NCBI RefSeq assembly: GCF_048593235.1
Contig: NC_133620.1
Span: 397,201,261 to 397,265,260, forward strand
Origin: Sminthopsis crassicaudata
Taxonomy: Eukaryota
Length of the DNA stretch: 64,000 bases
Direction: 5' to 3'
Part shown: positions 11,437 through 22,639 of the stretch, piece after piece
Layout: each line of letters opens with the position of its first letter
Position numbering within the stretch: position 1 is the first letter of the stretch
Notes under the pieces: model-generated
Databases searched by the model: none
What the model was told of the DNA's origin: nothing
The model's input: only the letters and a program-made list of their open reading frames with translations
Made by a program: the position numbers and the translations under genes

Positions 11437-11760
11437 GTGAGAGACCCCTACCCAAAATGACTACTCAGAGATCACTCAAAATAGAAAGCAGAAATAATTT
11501 TTATTATAGCAACTCATGAGAGGCAGGCAGTCCAGCTACGAGATAAGGGAAGTGAAAGTACTCACCGCAGGAGGGCCAAAGAATTAGTTAATAAACACAG
11601 CTTTTATAGATTTTGTTACAAAAGATTACATCAAAAATAAGAGAGCATGGGGGGGGCAGCATCTAATTGGTTGTTGCTATTCAGAGATTAGAATGGAAGG
11701 TTTCTGCTTCCCCAAAAATCACCTGATTTCTAGGGAAACACAGGAATAATGAAAATAAAG
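11437..11760 (-). mobile_element. Probable LTR fragment
   Basis: Begins at TG immediately after the RTE, with minus-strand AATAAA near 11500; right boundary unclear. Confidence 0.35.
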
Positions 11761-12424
11761 AAAAAGAAGTCACACACTACTGTAAGTTCTTCATCTCTCC
11801 ATTCCACACACATTCATATAGCAAATATTCAGTAGTAAGCTCCAAACCTCAAGAAAAATGCTTACTACAAAACTCTGATTTTGTCTTGACTATTAACTCT
11901 GGAGGCAAATGAAGTCTTGGAAACTAAGATCTGTAGTTATGAAGTTGGCTGAAAGATGTAACTTCAGAACTTGAGAATTTTATAACAGTAATCAGTAGGG
12001 CTGATAAGATCTTATGACCTTATCCAAGTAGAATGTCCCAAGGACAGAAGTCTTTGCTATCCATTTTTAAAGTAAAATATATCCAATTAAATATTTAAGC
12101 TTTTTAAACATTTTGACCACTTTCTTTTAACACTCAAAAAAGTTACTTTTCAAATAATATTTCTAATACAATGATTTCCCAAATATCATAATATTAGAAA
12201 AAATTTAGAAACATTAATAACATATGTAATATGTATTTAAAACTTCTAACAAAAGTTATTACCAGTCAGATTACTTTGATTCAATCAAATTCATTTCCAA
12301 ATTCTACATAGAAAATCATTCATTTTATTAACTTTTGGTATCATAAACTAATTACATGAAAACCCAAGTATAGGGTAATCCAGTATGGAACAACTATGTC
12401 CAGTGAAAAAATAATATTTATATA

Positions 12425-12835
12425 ATTATTACCATGTGCCAGGCACTATGTTAATTTCATTATTTTTCAATCATTATTTTCAATTGTGTCCAACTCTTGG
12501 TGATCTCATTTGGGTTTTTTTTTTTTAGCAAAGATCTTGAAGCAAAAGTTTTGCCATTTTACAGCTTATTTTACAGATAAAGCAATTAAGGCAAACAGGG
12601 TTAATTGACTTGCCCAGGGTTCAAAAGCAATTAAATATCCAAGGCCAGACATTGTTTTAAACAATTGATAAATATTATATCATTTAATCCTCCCAACAAC
12701 CCTGGAAGATAGATATCTTCATTATCCCATTTTCACATGAAAAAACTAAGGCAAACAGGCACATAGCTTGCTGAATATCACACCGCTAATATGTTTCTGA
12801 GACTACATTTGAACATCAGTTTTCCAATCCATATT
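12425..12835 (-). mobile_element. CORE-SINE cluster (MAR1/MIR-type)
   Basis: tgtgccaggcact, ttttacagataaagcaattaaggcaaacagggttaattgacttgcccagggt and atcccattttcacatgaaaaaactaaggc core motifs. Confidence 0.65.
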
Positions 12836-14559
12836 TCTAATCCAGTGTGTCTCTCTCTAATGCCAAATATCAAATGTGTTTAGCATTAAGTTCTAATTTA
12901 CCACTATTATCCTAGTAGAACACATCTCTTTGTAAATGAGATCACATAATTTAGTTTCAGTACCATAAAAAAACTTCAATCAAATCAAATTTGTGTAATC
13001 ACAAAAAGTAACATTTAGAACTTCAAATTTCCTCCAAGAGCCATGAGCTGCCTGCTCTTCAAATTTTGGAGGTCTACATTATAACCTGATAGGATACTGA
13101 CTGTCTGGAATTGCTAACAGGTGTTTCTTTAAAAGTTTTCTCATATTCTTCTTATGGCAACAGACCAAGAGCTTCTCTAACTTCTTTCCAAACTCCAAAC
13201 CTTTTTCCCCTTAAACCTCCATTCATGAAGTCAGTACAAAAGTGACTTTAATTTTCCTTAGCTTTCCTTTCAGTTCCTTTTATCCTTAATTTCTTGAACT
13301 GTCTTTCTTCTTTCCTTTTTATAATTCTCTAGGGGACTTAGTTTATAAACTACTAATTTACCCAAATAATTAAATTCTGCTGAATCATTTCCAACAGGGT
13401 TCCACAAACCAGGAAAAAAAAGAAAATGGAAAGAAAAATTCTTTCCTAGTCTCAACTGTCAGAGGCAGAAAGAAAGGATCTCAAAGTTTTCATTGTTTTC
13501 TCTCATAGAGAGTGTGATCAAAGGTCAGTAAAAGTAAATAGATCACTTTGAGATTTCATTAGTTGACCAGCTCCCTTTTAAGTTCCTTTTTCATCCTCAG
13601 GTATTATGAAAATTGATCCACATTATTCACAACTGGTAACAGGTGAGGTGGAGGGTGGCTGTTTTCAGGCTCCTTTTTGTTTTCTAACTCTCCCTTTCCA
13701 TTTCTTAATCTGTTTTCCTCAGCCTTTTCCCTTGAGTTTCAGAGGCTCTTTAAATAGTACTAAAAATCTCATTTTTGCCTAGGCTTTTGAACTTTAAGTC
13801 TTCTATTTAGTATCCAATGTCCAGATTTTTATCTGGCCAGATTTTTTCCCCATTAATTTTCCCAATCCCTACCAAGAATCACTGCTCAGTTGTGGATTCA
13901 AGTGGAAGAATTTACTTGGTCCCAAGCTGCAATAGGTGGTCTATCAAAAGTTCACAGAAAACTCACCCTTCCTCCTCCCTTTTGAACATTGTATTCCCTG
14001 CACTGAGACACTTGGTGCTTGCTTGTCTGTTGTCTTACCTACCTCCCACACAAGAGCCTTCTCTTCTTTGTGCACAAATGAGAAGAAAAAAAAAAGAAAA
14101 ATTGGGTTTAATGACCTACTTTTTCTTTATATTCCTGAGCTTGGCATTAATTGTCCAATCACTTCACTCTGGTGAAGTGCTAGAGAAGTCCTTGCTAGCC
14201 CACTTCAGAGAAAAATAAAAACCTGTATTGGCTTCCCTTCCAGAATAAAATTCCCCAGTGAGAGACTCTGGGCAAAATGAGTCTCTTGGCTGAGCTTCGC
14301 CAAAAAATAGTTAAGAAAAAAGATTTTTGGACCTTGTCCTCAAGAATGAAGCAAACTCAGAAGGAGAAAACTTTAAAAGGTTTATTATGGCACCAAATCA
14401 GGTTCTAAATTCAAATTTCGCACTGTTTTTAGAGATGAGTTTTGTAATAAGGAAAAGATAGTCCTGCTAGGTACACATTTCAAAAGGAGATGGACTAGTG
14501 TTATCAGAGAAGAGTTTGCAGTCTGAGTAGTTGAAGATTGCTAAAAGGCTATCAAATCA

Positions 14560-15518
14560 CATTAATTGCTGTTTTGAGGAGGGGGAATCATTTTGAAGGA
14601 TATAAAATAAGCCTACAAAAATCATCAGCATTTATATATGTTAATAACAAAACCTGGCAGAAACAGACAGAAAGGGAAATTCCATTTAAAATAATTATAG
14701 AAAATATAAACTATCTGGGAGTCTACTGGTATGACAAATCCAATAAATATATAAATACAATTACAAGACACTTTTCACACAAAATCAGACTTAAACAACT
14801 GGAAAAAATATCAGTTGCTTGTGGATAAACAAAGCTAATATAATTTAAAAAAAAAAAAAAAAGAAAGTTCTACTAAATTAATCCACTTATTCAGTTCCAC
14901 ATCAAAGTGCCAAAAAGTTAGCTAGAAAAAATGATAACAGAATTCACCTGGAAGAATAAAAGATTTTTTAAAATGGGAGAAAAACACAAAAAAGGTAGCC
15001 TTGTTATATCAGACTTGAAACTACATTATAAAGTGGGTATCAACAAAACCATTTCACTAAAAAATAGTGGTGGACAAGACAGATAGGTTACAATAGTCAA
15101 TGACAATAGTAGTCTACTATTTGATAAACCCAAAGACTCCAGCTTCTAGAATTAGAACTCGTTGGCTGACAAAAATTCCAGACAAAACTGGAAAAAATAT
15201 GGCAGAAACTAGACATAGAACAACATCTCACTCTCTATACTAAGATAAAATCCAAATGGATTCATGATTTAAACATAAAGGATGAAACTATGATACTATA
15301 AGCAAATGAGGAGAGCAAGGAATAGTTTACCTGTTCATTTTTGGAGAAGAGAATAATTTATGGCCAAAGAAGTATAGAACATTATAAAATGCAAAAGGAA
15401 TAATTTTGATTACATTAAATTAAAAAGGTTTTCCGAAACAAAACAAATCCAGCCAAGATTAGAAGAGAATTGGAATAAAAATTTTGGAGCCATTATTTCT
15501 GATAAAGGTCCCATTTCT
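14560..15518 (+). mobile_element. L1 ORF2 fragment (left part)
   Basis: Degenerate ORF2, including YKISLQKSSAFIY..EIPFKII..YLGV in ORF 14538-14828. Continues at 16693. Confidence 0.8.
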
Positions 15519-15735
15519 TATATAAATATATATTATATATATATTATATATATGTATATATATATATATATATCTTTTTATTTACAAGATATATGCATGG
15601 ATAATTTTTCAGCATTGACAATTGCAAAACCTTTTGTTCCAACTTTTCCCCTCCTTCCTCCCACCCCTCCCCCAGATGGCAGGTTGACCAATACATGTTA
15701 AATATGTTAAAGTATAAGTTAAATACAATATATAC

Positions 15736-15791
<56 letters not shown>

Positions 15792-16692
15792 GTCCATAGT
15801 TATTTTGCTGTACAAAAAGAATTGGACTTTGAAATAGTGTACAATTAGCCTATGAAGGAAATCCAAAATGCAGGTGAACAAAATTAGAGGGATTGGGAAT
15901 TCTATGTAGTGGTTCATAGTCATCTCCCTGAATTCTTTCACTGGGTATAACTAGTTCAATTCATTACTGCTCTATTGGAGCTGATTTGGTTCATCTCATT
16001 GTTGAAGAGGGCCATATCTATCAGAATTGATCATCATATAGTATTGTTGAAGTATATAATGATCTCCTGGTCCTGCTCATTTCACTCAGCAGCAGTTCAT
16101 GTAAGTCTCTCCAGGCCTTTCTGAAATCATCCTGCTGGTCATTTCTTACAGAACAATAATACTCCATAATATTCATATACCACAATTTATTCAGCCATTC
16201 TCCAATTGATGGGCATCCACTCAGTTTCCAGTTTCTAGTCACTACAAAGAGGGCTGCCATAAATATTCTTGCACATACAGGTCCCTTTCCCTTCTTTAAA
16301 ATCTCTTTGGGATATAAGCCCAGTAGTAACATTGCTAGATCAAAGGGTATGCACACTTTGATAACTTTTTGATCATAGTTCAAAATCATTCTCCAGAATG
16401 GCTAGATGTATTCACAATTCCACCAACAATCAGTGTCCCAGTTTTCCCACATCCCCTCCAACATTCATCATTATTCTTTCCTGTTATCTTAGCCAATCTA
16501 ACAAGTGTGTAGTGGTATTTCAGAGTTGTCTTAATTTGCATTTCTCTGATTAATAATTATTTGGAGCATCTTTTCAAATGGCTAGAAATAGTTTCCATTT
16601 CTTCATCCAAAAATTGTCTGTTCATATCCTTTGACCATTTATCAATTGGAGAATGGCTTGATTTCTTATAAATTAGAGTCAATTCTCTACAT
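15519..16692 (-). mobile_element. 5'-truncated L1 nested antisense in an older L1
   Basis: ORF 16021-16389 is an L1 ORF2 C-terminus; 17-bp TSD ataaaggtc(c/t)catttct at 15502-15518 and 16693-16709. Confidence 0.9.
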
Positions 16693-17790
16693 ATAAAGGT
16701 CTCATTTCTAAAATATATAAAGAGCTATGTCAAATTTATAAGAATATAAGTCATTCCCCAACTGACAAATAGCCAAGAAATATGAACAGACAACTTCCAG
16801 ATAAAAAAAATTAAAGCCATCTGTAGTCACATGAATAAATGCTCAAAATCACCATTGATTAGGGAAATGCAAATTAAATTGACTTTGAGCTACCACTTCG
16901 TACCTATCAGATTGGCTAAAATGACAGCAAAAGATGATAAATATTGGAGGGGTGGTGGGAAAAGTGTACCACTAATGCACTGTTATTGGAGTTGTGAATT
17001 GATCCAGCCATTCTGGAGAGCATTTTGGAACTTTGCCCAAAGAGCTATAAAACTGTGCATACCTTTGATTTAGCAGTGCAACTACTGAGTCTATATCCCA
17101 AAGAAATCATAAAACAGGGAAAAGGACCCACATGTGCAAAAAATGTAGGAAGTAGCTCTTTTTGTGGTAACTGGAAATTGAACAGATATCTATCAATTAT
17201 GAAATGCCTGAATAAGTATATCAATGCAATAGAATCTTATTGTGTTCTATAAGAAATGATGAGCAATCTGATTTCAGAGAAGCCTGAAAGACTTACATGA
17301 ACTGATGCTGAGTGAAGTGAGCAGATCCAGGAAAACACAGAACACACAAAACAGAAAACAGCACAGAAAACACAGAAACAGCAAAATTATGTGATGATCA
17401 ACTCAACTATGATAGACTTAGCTCTTCTCAGCAATGTAATGATCCAAGACAATTCCAATAGTTTTGGGATAGAAAATGCCACTTACATCCAGAGCTCTCT
17501 CTATGGAGATTGAATGTGTATTTTCATCTTGGTTTTTGTTTGCTTTTTCTTTCTCATGGTTTTTCCTTTTTGTTCTGATATTCTTTCATGACATAATTAA
17601 GGGAAATATGTTTTAAATGATTGTAAATGTATAACCTATATCAGATTGTTTGCTGTTTTAAAGAGGGAGAAGGTAAAGAATGAAAGGAGAAAAAAAAATT
17701 TGGAACGCAAAATCTTGCAAAAAGTAGAAAATTTTTACAAGAAAACTTATTTTAAAATAAAGTATTAAAATTTTAAAAAACAACAAAAAT
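16693..17790 (+). mobile_element. L1 ORF2 3' end and 3'UTR (right part)
   Basis: [20 protein letters not shown]-like C-domain (ORF 16831-17073), 3'UTR and A-rich tail. Confidence 0.85.
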
Positions 17791-18419
17791 ACATGCAGCT
17801 GCCCTTTCCTATCTTTGGGTTGGCATGTATTTTGACTGCCCTGCCTTCTGATTGATACCTGCCATCATATTTGGGGGCACACTTACTTTTGGCCACTCCT
17901 TAGGAGTGGGCTGGCACATATAACTAGGAAAGGGAAATGTAAAATCATGGGTTCACATATTAATTTGTCGTTAGTGACTAAATTCTGTACAGAATATGTT
18001 TAAGCCATTATTTAGGCCAAAGAAGGCAACATAAAAAGATATATTCGTTTATTTTTATCAGTTATTCACCAGACACAAAGTCTTCAGACTCACCCTGGTC
18101 GGTAATCATTGATGTAATCCAATCCCAAATTTTTTACAAGTGAAGAAGCTGAAGCCCAAAGTGAGGAAATAATTTGTGAAAGTCTTGACCACAACTCTCT
18201 TTTCCCCACTTTCTCACTCCCCCACTCCCACCCCGGGAAAGTGTAATACCTCCTTAAGACACTTAGTTTTTTCCCGGTTTTGGTATTACTTAAATGGAAG
18301 AGTTCCCACAATCGCAGTAGTTGATAATGTTTTTAATCACTGCAGGGTAGATTTTGCTTCCCCTTCTCCTCCCCGCCCCCACCCCCATCAAACCCCATAA
18401 TTTCACTGAGGAGAGGAGC

Positions 18420-18951
18420 ACTGCTGCGGGACAATAAATCGTCTGGAGTGATTTACTCAGAGTCACGGCTGCCCTTTAGTATGGAAGTTGGAACTTTTAT
18501 TGAGCTTAGCCCGACTTCGAGGCCGGAAGTCCTTTATTCTGCCTCTCTAGTCCATAATAAGTTAATAACGCTCGCTCAGATGCTGAGGGCTTCACCAGAA
18601 AACTTAGTACAAGTCAACTAGCCTGCTTCATTCTGTAAAAATTCCCTCAGAAATTTCAAAGTAAGCTTGTCTCTTTCCCACAATGGGAGCCTCGTGGCTA
18701 ACAGCTATAGGTTACACGGACATCGTGACACTACTAGATGCCCGCCTTTTGGCCAGTGAAAGGGGATGGAATGCTAACTATTGTGCTTTGATTTGCTCTC
18801 TCCCTAGCCGACGCAGAGGAAGGTAACGGCTGGCAGCGAGGTTCCTTAGGAGTTCTTGGCCGCGCGGCCTGTCAGTTGGGCGCAGCTTGCCGACTTCAGA
18901 TGCGAGAGGAAAACGCAGCTGCTGCCGCTATACATAAGGTTCTTCCTCGCC
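18420..18951 (+). promoter_or_regulatory. CATSPERE: CpG-enriched promoter / 5'UTR region of CATSPERE
   Basis: The most conspicuously CpG-rich non-repeat stretch in the window. CCGGAAGT (ETS motif) at 18523-18530 and TAACGG (MYB motif) at 18824-18829; gccATG context at the start codon. Confidence 0.65.
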
Positions 18952-19019
18952 ATGTTTTGGAAGAAAGTCGTAGCTGCGGGAGTGTTATTACTGCTGGGCT
19001 ACAGCTCAGCTTTGTGGAG
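18952..19019 (+). CDS. CATSPERE: CATSPERE coding exon 1 (signal peptide) MFWKKVVAAGVLLLLGYSSALW(R)
   Basis: gccATG start, hydrophobic signal peptide, SALWR motif as recalled for human CATSPERE; donor AG|gtaacg, phase 2. Confidence 0.9.
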
Positions 19020-20449
19020 GTAACGGATTAACCTGGGGCAAGGGGTGAGCGACTTCCCTCCAGGAGCTGCAGACGTCTCCTATGAGCCGTATGAAGATTG
19101 GTATCAAATGGTTTCAATCTTAATTTTATTAACTCCCCCTCTGTCCGATATCGAAGATAGAGGAGAAAGCCGCTGACCTTAGTACTTCCTTTCCTGATGA
19201 CCCTGTTTCTGTGCTAGCTTTGTCTCCCTCAGAATTCATTCTTTTGCAAACCTTTGGGGAAATTTTTTTTTATTTTTTTAAGCGAACAACAATTAAGCAA
19301 GAACAGGACCAATATATGTGATTTAATATGTCAAAGATCATGTGAGAAAATGGATCTCTTTAGCACTTTGTATGAAAAGGAAGCTAAGACAACATACTTA
19401 GCTCTGTGCTTAGAGTGTAAGCTTTTTGAGGGAAGAAACTATTTTGCCTTTACACTTCAGCTATCACTTAAAAATACTGGTTGATTATTTCATAAGATAG
19501 TTTTGTAGATGAAACAAGATGATGTAAATCATCTCTGTCTCATTGAAACCCTAATGTACCCTTTCTGGCTAGTAATAGGCAGGAAAAAGTGAGGGGTAGG
19601 TGAATAGGAGATTCCTTTCCCAGTGGATGCCCTTGTGTTCAAAGTACTGAAATGATTAGTTTTATCTTCATTTATATAAAGTGAAACCTGTAAACATCGA
19701 TTGCTCAGCTGGTATTTCCCCCGCCCCCAGCTCTATCACAAAAGGATAAATAAGCTTATGACTTTGTTGTTATATAAAAAGCCCTTTTTTTATAAAGGAG
19801 GTCCGTGTGTTTATTCAGCCCAATATCCTTTAATATTTATGACTATAGAATTCTGGGTTGAGAATTTGATTTCAGAATAATGTCTTTGAGAAAAGAAAAG
19901 CTGCATATAGATTCAATGCAAAAAAAAATTTCATCTATTTTCAGAATATTTGCTAAGGCAGAATAAAAACAGGTACTTTTAATCACAATAGGAAGAGTTT
20001 CAATAACAGTTAAATCACAGCATTTTGAGTGGGGCAACCTATTTCACTTGTCTCCCCTTACTTTCTTATTAGAAGAGGACCTTTCCTCCTACTTTAATGA
20101 GAAAATAATAGTGACCTACCTTAGTTTTTTCTACCCCAGACTTCAAAACCCTCTTCACCTTCATCCATACTATTGTTCCCCTATTCTTCAATCTTTGAAA
20201 AAACAAAATCTTCAAAGGCAGGGAATAGTTTTATACTTTTAGTATCATGGTAGGTAGTAGGTGTTTAATGAATTTTTTTGATTGATTTGACCCTTCTTTG
20301 CCAAAGTCAATTCTACTATTGTGCTAGGTCTAACCTTTTCCAATTTTCTTTTCATTTACTCCTCTTGTTCTATCTTCGGTCCATCCCCAGGAAATGGTTT
20401 CTTTTCAATTGCCTACAGATATCCTAAAAAACTTGCTGGGAGGCTGAGA

Positions 20450-22235
20450 AAATGGAGAGAAGGGACTCTATAAAAGGGATGCTTCAAAACAGAAGTGACT
20501 ATTGACAGGTTGAATATTTGGAGTGAAAATGACTTCAAGGATTTTGGTATAATAGTATTAGAGATTTGGAAGAAAGAAGGGTTTGGGAGAAAAGATAATG
20601 AGTTCTGTTTGGGACATATAGAATTTAAGATGCCTTTTAGATATCTAGTAGGCAGCTGATGATTCCAGACTGAAGATGAGGAAAGGTTTCAGAGGAATGT
20701 GAAATGAATCCATGGGAACCTGATATCAAGCAAGATAGTGTAGGAGCAGAGGGGGCAGAGCCAAGATGGCATAGAGGAGACAAGTCTTTTTTTCTAAGCT
20801 CTCCCCACGATCCTCAAACTAACAGTAAATCTAGCCTCTGAACTGGTTTTGGAGTGACTGAACCCATGAATATTGGGAATGTAACAAATTAACCAGCAGA
20901 AGATAATTACAAAGATCTTCAGAAAAAGTCTAATTCAATTGGGCACAGAGGGAAGTAGGCCAAGTGCAGGTGGGCTGAGCTCATTTGCCAGATTTAGGCA
21001 GCACACAATCCAGGGTGGTATGGGCTTCACACATAGGAGAATCTATCAGAACAAATCTACAGCAGTGTTGCCTACTTTGCTCTGGTTGGAAGCCAGTAGA
21101 TCAGCAGACTAGTTATAATACATCCATACAAACAACAAAAGGCAAATAGTATACCCCTAAACATGAGAATTTCACAAGACCTGGCCATGCCCACTCTAAC
21201 ACCAGAAGTTAGTCAGCAATTATCCAGTACAGCCACCACTGCTCTTAGAGGAAGTTTGGACAATCTTCCCCTTTCCCTAAAAGCATACCTCAACTTTTTT
21301 TAAAAATGAGCAAAAAAGTAAAAAGAACTCTGACCATAGATAGTTTTTATGGTGAAAGAGAAGAAAAGATTTCAAACCCTGAGGTCACTAAAAGCTGATT
21401 GTCTCCACATGAAGCCCCAAAGGGTAATATATAAATTGATCCCCCTCTCACAAGACTTTCTTGAAAGAAATTTAAAAGGATCTTTAAAAGGATCTAGAAA
21501 AAAATGAGGAAAATAAATGAGAAGTTTGCAAGAGGTTTTGGAAAAGGAAACACAGAAATTATATGAAGAAAACTCCTTACAAAATAGACTTAATGAAATG
21601 GAAAAAGAAAAAAACTCCCTGAAAAACAGATATGTGAAATGGAAAAAGAAACAAATTTCAGAAAGCCAAATTTGTGAAATGGAAAAAGAAAATAACTTTT
21701 TTAAAAATCAGAATTAGTGAAATTGGGGGGAAAACCCATAGAACAAAACAATTCATTTAAAAATTCAATTGGTCAAATATAAAAAGAACTTTAAAAAGGT
21801 AGCTGAAGAAAATAATTTACTAAAAATCAGAACTGAGCTAATGAAATGATTCAATGTGACATCAAGACTCAGTCAAGCAAAACCAAAAAAAAAATTGAAA
21901 AAATAGAAGAAAATGTAAAAGATAACATAGAAGGAGAAGAGGGTCCTGGACAGACCCTTCAAGGACCTCTAAGTATTGATGACTTGGATAAAGATCCAGC
22001 AAAAGAGAATCAGAAGTAGTCAAATAGAAGAACCAGGCTAGAGATATGTCAAGAAGAGATGATTCAGAAGTGATCAATAGTGTCAAAGGCTGCAGAGAGG
22101 TAAAGGAAAAGGAGGATTGAGAAGTCCATTAGATTTGATAATGAAGATATTATTAGCAATTTTGAAGAAAGCAGTTTCAGTTCAATGATGAGGTTAGAAG
22201 ACATTAGACTAAAGAGGAGTTGGAATAAGAGATCT
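20450..22235 (-). mobile_element. L2 LINE fossil (split by an L1 5' fragment)
   Basis: L2-like gttctgtttgggacatatagaatttaagatgcc and aggctgcagagaggtaaagg...gaagtccattagatttgata; the sequence resumes at 21921. Confidence 0.7.
20751..21918 (+). mobile_element. L1 5'UTR plus ORF1 N-terminus only (3'-truncated)
   Basis: Starts gggggcagagccaagatggc; ORF1 ATGAGCAAAAAAG near 21307; coiled-coil repeats (ORF 21517-21717); degenerate 19-bp flanking repeat. Confidence 0.85.
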
Positions 22236-22357
22236 CTTCACAACAGTGGAAGGAGTGGGGAGTGTCCACCTCTTCTGTCCTGAAGTTGAGACCAAGAGAC
22301 CAAGATCTCCTATAATTATTGTACTGCAATAGTACTACCTCCTTTAAATTCACTTGA

Positions 22358-22500
22358 TTTTTTTTTTTTGCTGAGGAAATTGGGGTTAAGTGACTTGTCC
22401 AGGGTCACACTGTTAGGAAGTATTAAGTATCTGAGGCCAGATTTGAACTCAAGTCCTTCTGACCTCAGGACCAGCACTCTATTCACTGCTAGCTACCCAT
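22358..22500 (-). mobile_element. WSINE1-type SINE
   Basis: tttttgctgaggaaattggggttaagtgacttgtccagggtcacac...ctagctaccc. Confidence 0.85.
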
Positions 22501-22639
22501 TGGCTTGCTTCTTTAGATATTTTACTTTTCCATATGGATTTTGTTATTTTTTTTCTTGTTCTGCCTTTGATAACCCTAACCCTTTGATAACTTATACTGA
22601 TAAAGCATTAAAACTGTAAGTTAACTTTTCATTCCTATT

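Noticed and set aside
13601-13642. 42-nt exon-like segment (cctcag|...ACAG|gtgagg) with one open phase, IMKIDPHYSQLVT
   Set aside because: It sits in ERV-leader-like sequence, has no partner exons and resembles no protein I know; likely chance splice signals.
12990-14520. Possible ERV leader/LTR remnant, including the 133-aa ORF at 13817-14218
   Set aside because: Composition suggests ERV origin, but I found no LTR pair, PBS or protein motif; the ORF has no recognisable domain.
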